A DNA stretch of 64,000 bases from Podarcis filfolensis (taxonomy: Eukaryota). The stretch is taken from NCBI GenBank assembly GCA_964270895.1, contig OZ185436.1; one strand, given 5' to 3'. A program made the position numbers and the translations under genes. A model generated the notes under the pieces. The model had not been told where the DNA came from, made no database searches, and saw nothing but the letters and a program-made list of their open reading frames with translations. Positions 60,592 to 64,000 of this stretch are shown here, piece by piece (within the stretch, counting starts at the first letter, position 1; every line of letters starts with the position of its first letter).

Positions 60592-61239
60592 CTGCAGCAA
60601 TATGAATAGTCAAATTATTTAGACTTCTGTCTCGTTCTTATCACGGCTACAGCCAGCCTGATTCATAGCAGTTCTTGAGAGGCACAAAAAGAGTTCTGAA
60701 TCAACATTCTGAGAAATCAGACTGATCAATCCAGATTCCCCCTCCCCCCATTTCATTCTTCCGTTATCTGAGAGATACACTCTTGAGTATCTTTCAAGAC
60801 CCCATACCTTCACAATTATGAATGTTTACTTATTGTTGATTAAACTAATTTATCTCCCATTTTTCCATAGATGCCCAAGGTGGCTGTACCTCATTGGGGG
60901 GAAAGGCTATATACTGGCAGTATGCTGTGCTGTAATAACCAGTCTCCAGATGTGGAATGGATTATGGCATACAGGGACAGCAAGACTAATCTGGAACACA
61001 GGAGTCTCCAACCCATTATGGGTGCATCACAGGCACAGAGAAAGACCCTCTAATCATTTGTTACCTGAAATGCACTGGACTACTCTAAAGTAGTGAGTCC
61101 AGAATCCTTTCTGCTTATTTTGAAGCAGCATGACAAATGTCACAGAGTCTAGTGGGCCTGAGTAAGGGCCACATCGCATATTGCAAAATTGACAGGTACA
61201 TGTTTGTAGACCATACGTATCAGCTGTGTCCTTCAAATG

Positions 61240-61373
61240 CAAGGATGAGGGAACCTGTAGTCCTCCAGATGTTGCTAGCCTACAATTCCCATAATCCTTG
61301 ACCACTGGCCATGAGGCTGGTGAGAGATGGATGTTAAGAGCATCTGGAGGGGCCAAAGACTGCCCCACCTCTG
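61240..61373. mobile_element. Near full-length short palindromic hAT-like MITE in SH3PXD2B intron 9
   Basis: caaggatgagggaacctgtagtcctccagatg ... catctggaggggccaaagactgccccacctctg: inverted ends; TSD not recognisable. Confidence 0.7.
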
Positions 61374-63667
61374 CTATATTGTGTAGAGGCAAACTGTGTA
61401 CTCTCACCATGTGGACACCTGGGGGTGGGTGGAATTTTTCAGCCTACACCCCCTTCTGGGAAACCACAGAGCAGCAAATGCGAAATTTGCTGTTTGTACA
61501 CTAGATTAGTTTTTACACATTCACACATCCCTCTCCATCCAGGCACATTCTAGCCAGGCAAAAAACACACTCAAGGGCGCAAAGCAGGACTGGTGAGGGC
61601 TGTGTGACCTTGGAAAAACCCTGAGGGCCTCATTTGGCCCCTGGACCTGAGGTTCCCCATCCCTAATGCATACACTGCATATACATAGAGATCTAGGGCC
61701 AATCACATTTCTCTGTGGCACATAAACACAATGTAAAAAAGAAGGTATAACAGGAAACAACACTGAGACAGGTGCATCTACTTTTCTGTCACATGCAAAG
61801 CAGTCTAACTCTTGGTGTTTCCAGTTCTTATACAAAGGTCGCTACTTTTCCAGTGTGCTGTTTGTCTTCTTTTCTTACATCAAAACCATTAAAAGAAGAG
61901 AAACCCAAAACAAAACAATAGCCCTAAACCTTTACCGTGACTCAGAAACCACATCCACCAAGGACATCTGCCAGAGAGGAGGGACTGGTGCCAGCCACAG
62001 GGAAATGCCACCTTAGTGGCTAGAGGCAAAGATGCTAGGATCAGATGACGCCAGCTGCTGCGCCTTTAATAGACCTGAGATTCTTTGAAGCAAATTTCCT
62101 CAGTTTAAAATGTCAACACACATTCTTTTTTCCTGGTGTAGTGGTTGCCAATGCTGCAGGTTCATTGGAAGGTTACGGAAATCAAAGCCTGCTTTCTGCT
62201 TTACCTCGACACACACTTTGTCAGCGTCAGCCCAGTGTCAAGACTTACAACTACTGTAGCCAGAAGAGACCTTTAGTTGACCAACCGAGGGTTAGAGCAT
62301 AGTCATCAAGACATTCTTTTTTTGTGCTTAGTTTGCCCATTATTTTTGCTTGAGTTCTGTTATGGCCCTGATCAATATGGCTGTAGTTGCCTTGTAAACA
62401 GGGTGTTGTATTTTTGCCCCATCTGATTAACACATACATTTTCAACCATTTTCTATTGCAAATGTGAACCATATTTTAGCTGTCCCGTTACAAGGCTGGT
62501 GGATACAGCTGATTCTCAAGTGGTGAACAAAGCTGTACTAAACACTTCAAAAATCTATAGCCAGATTTTTTTTTATTAAAGAAAAACAAACCAAAACCAA
62601 ACAGCAGCCTCTTTAGGCAACACAGATGCAAAAATCTGATGGATGGTTGACTTGTTCAACAGCAAACAGAGTGGACAATTGAGAGAGATGCTTTGATTGA
62701 GGAGCAAGAAATATACCAGGCAAAAAGAACAGAAAGATGGGAGACCTCCCCCCTTAATTTAAGGATGCTGGAGGATTTCACTCATCAGTCTGCAGTTTCA
62801 TTATGTTGGAGTCAGAAGTGTAGAAATGGGTCTCTTACGAAAAGTAGGTACTAAAAGAACACACATTTTTTTGCATCTAATGAACCAACCTGTGCACAAT
62901 CCAGCACTTTCAGCTGCAGTCATTGTGACAGTGCTGTGTGTTGGTTTGGTTTAAAGTGGACTGTGTGATAAACACATTTTACCACTAAAAGGAAGTAAGT
63001 GCCCTTAACTGCAAAGACAACTGCAGCAGCATGCAGTTTAAGCCAATAAAGGAGCATGGTTCAGGGCATTCTCTACAACCTCTTCCCCCAACTCAACCAT
63101 TCGAGTATTTTTCCCTGCCATGTATTACAGCATCTTTAAAGGTTTTCTTTTAATAGCCAAAGAACCCACCTCTTTGCACCCACCATTTTGTGATATGAAA
63201 ATGTAGCTTCAGTGGCACATCATGCCTTGTTACCTTTTGGATAGTTTCCTTCACATGTTTCCGAAACCCACAAATGTGTTGGTGGGACCACCTTATATAC
63301 CAGAATGTGCCAATGAGATTTTCAGGGCATCTCATTGTCCCGAGGCAATATGCCATCTGTTCATAATGCAAGAAGCAATTCCTTTCAACATTAAAGTATT
63401 GCCTCTGTGTGTCCACTCCTCTTCCTCAAAGAGCTTGTGTTATCTAATTTTTATCTCCTAGAAAGAGAGCAGAATGCCACAAAATGCATTCCTCTACATC
63501 AGTCATTGCTGGAGCTTTGTGTGTCTTAACCTGATCTTTCCTTCTGTCCCTTCCTGGATGGAAGCTACCCTCTCCTAAGGGTGCTTTGAAAGAGACAGAG
63601 ATAAACATCATTGGGTTTTAGTACACAAGACTGCATAAATAAATAAATAAATGTAGCTTGCCCCTTA

Positions 63668-63919
<252 letters not shown>

Positions 63920-64000
63920 TTAAGTCTAGCACTCTGAACTGGATTACACGGCATGGGAAGGTTGGCAATTGGGTGCACCACACACCGGGATCAAGAGCAT

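Overview
This is vertebrate genomic DNA, most likely from a squamate and probably a lacertid lizard. That taxon call is inferred from the MITE/SINE repertoire and is not proven. The window holds two convergent protein-coding genes. (1) NEURL1B on the + strand: coding exons 2-5 (31189-31749, 35421-36128, 37713-37838, 39955-40199; NHR1, NHR2, Ser-rich linker, C3HC4 RING) and a ~4.5 kb 3' UTR ending near AATAAA 44697. Its short first coding exon is not in the window, so 1-31188 is probably intron 1. (2) SH3PXD2B/TKS4 on the - strand: last five coding exons (63726-63843, 60365-60591, 59827-59876, 58090-58215, 54772-56310; SH3 #2-#4 and the proline-rich region) and a 3' UTR with candidate poly(A) signals at 51400 and 50145-50190. 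All splice junctions were read by eye, are GT-AG and join in frame. The rest is intron or intergenic DNA with L2 and CR1 LINE fragments, tRNA-derived SINEs, Tc1/mariner, hAT and Harbinger-type MITEs and microsatellites. There is no prokaryotic content, CRISPR array, rRNA or genuine tRNA. The most interesting unannotated signals are a degenerate minimal hammerhead ribozyme in an inverted Penelope-like remnant (~15.8 kb), a young CpG-rich Tc2-type MITE carrying a duplicated 22-bp hairpin inside a tetranucleotide microsatellite (~26.4-26.9 kb), and the tail-to-tail NEURL1B/SH3PXD2B arrangement. I found no evidence strong enough to claim a wholly new biological system.
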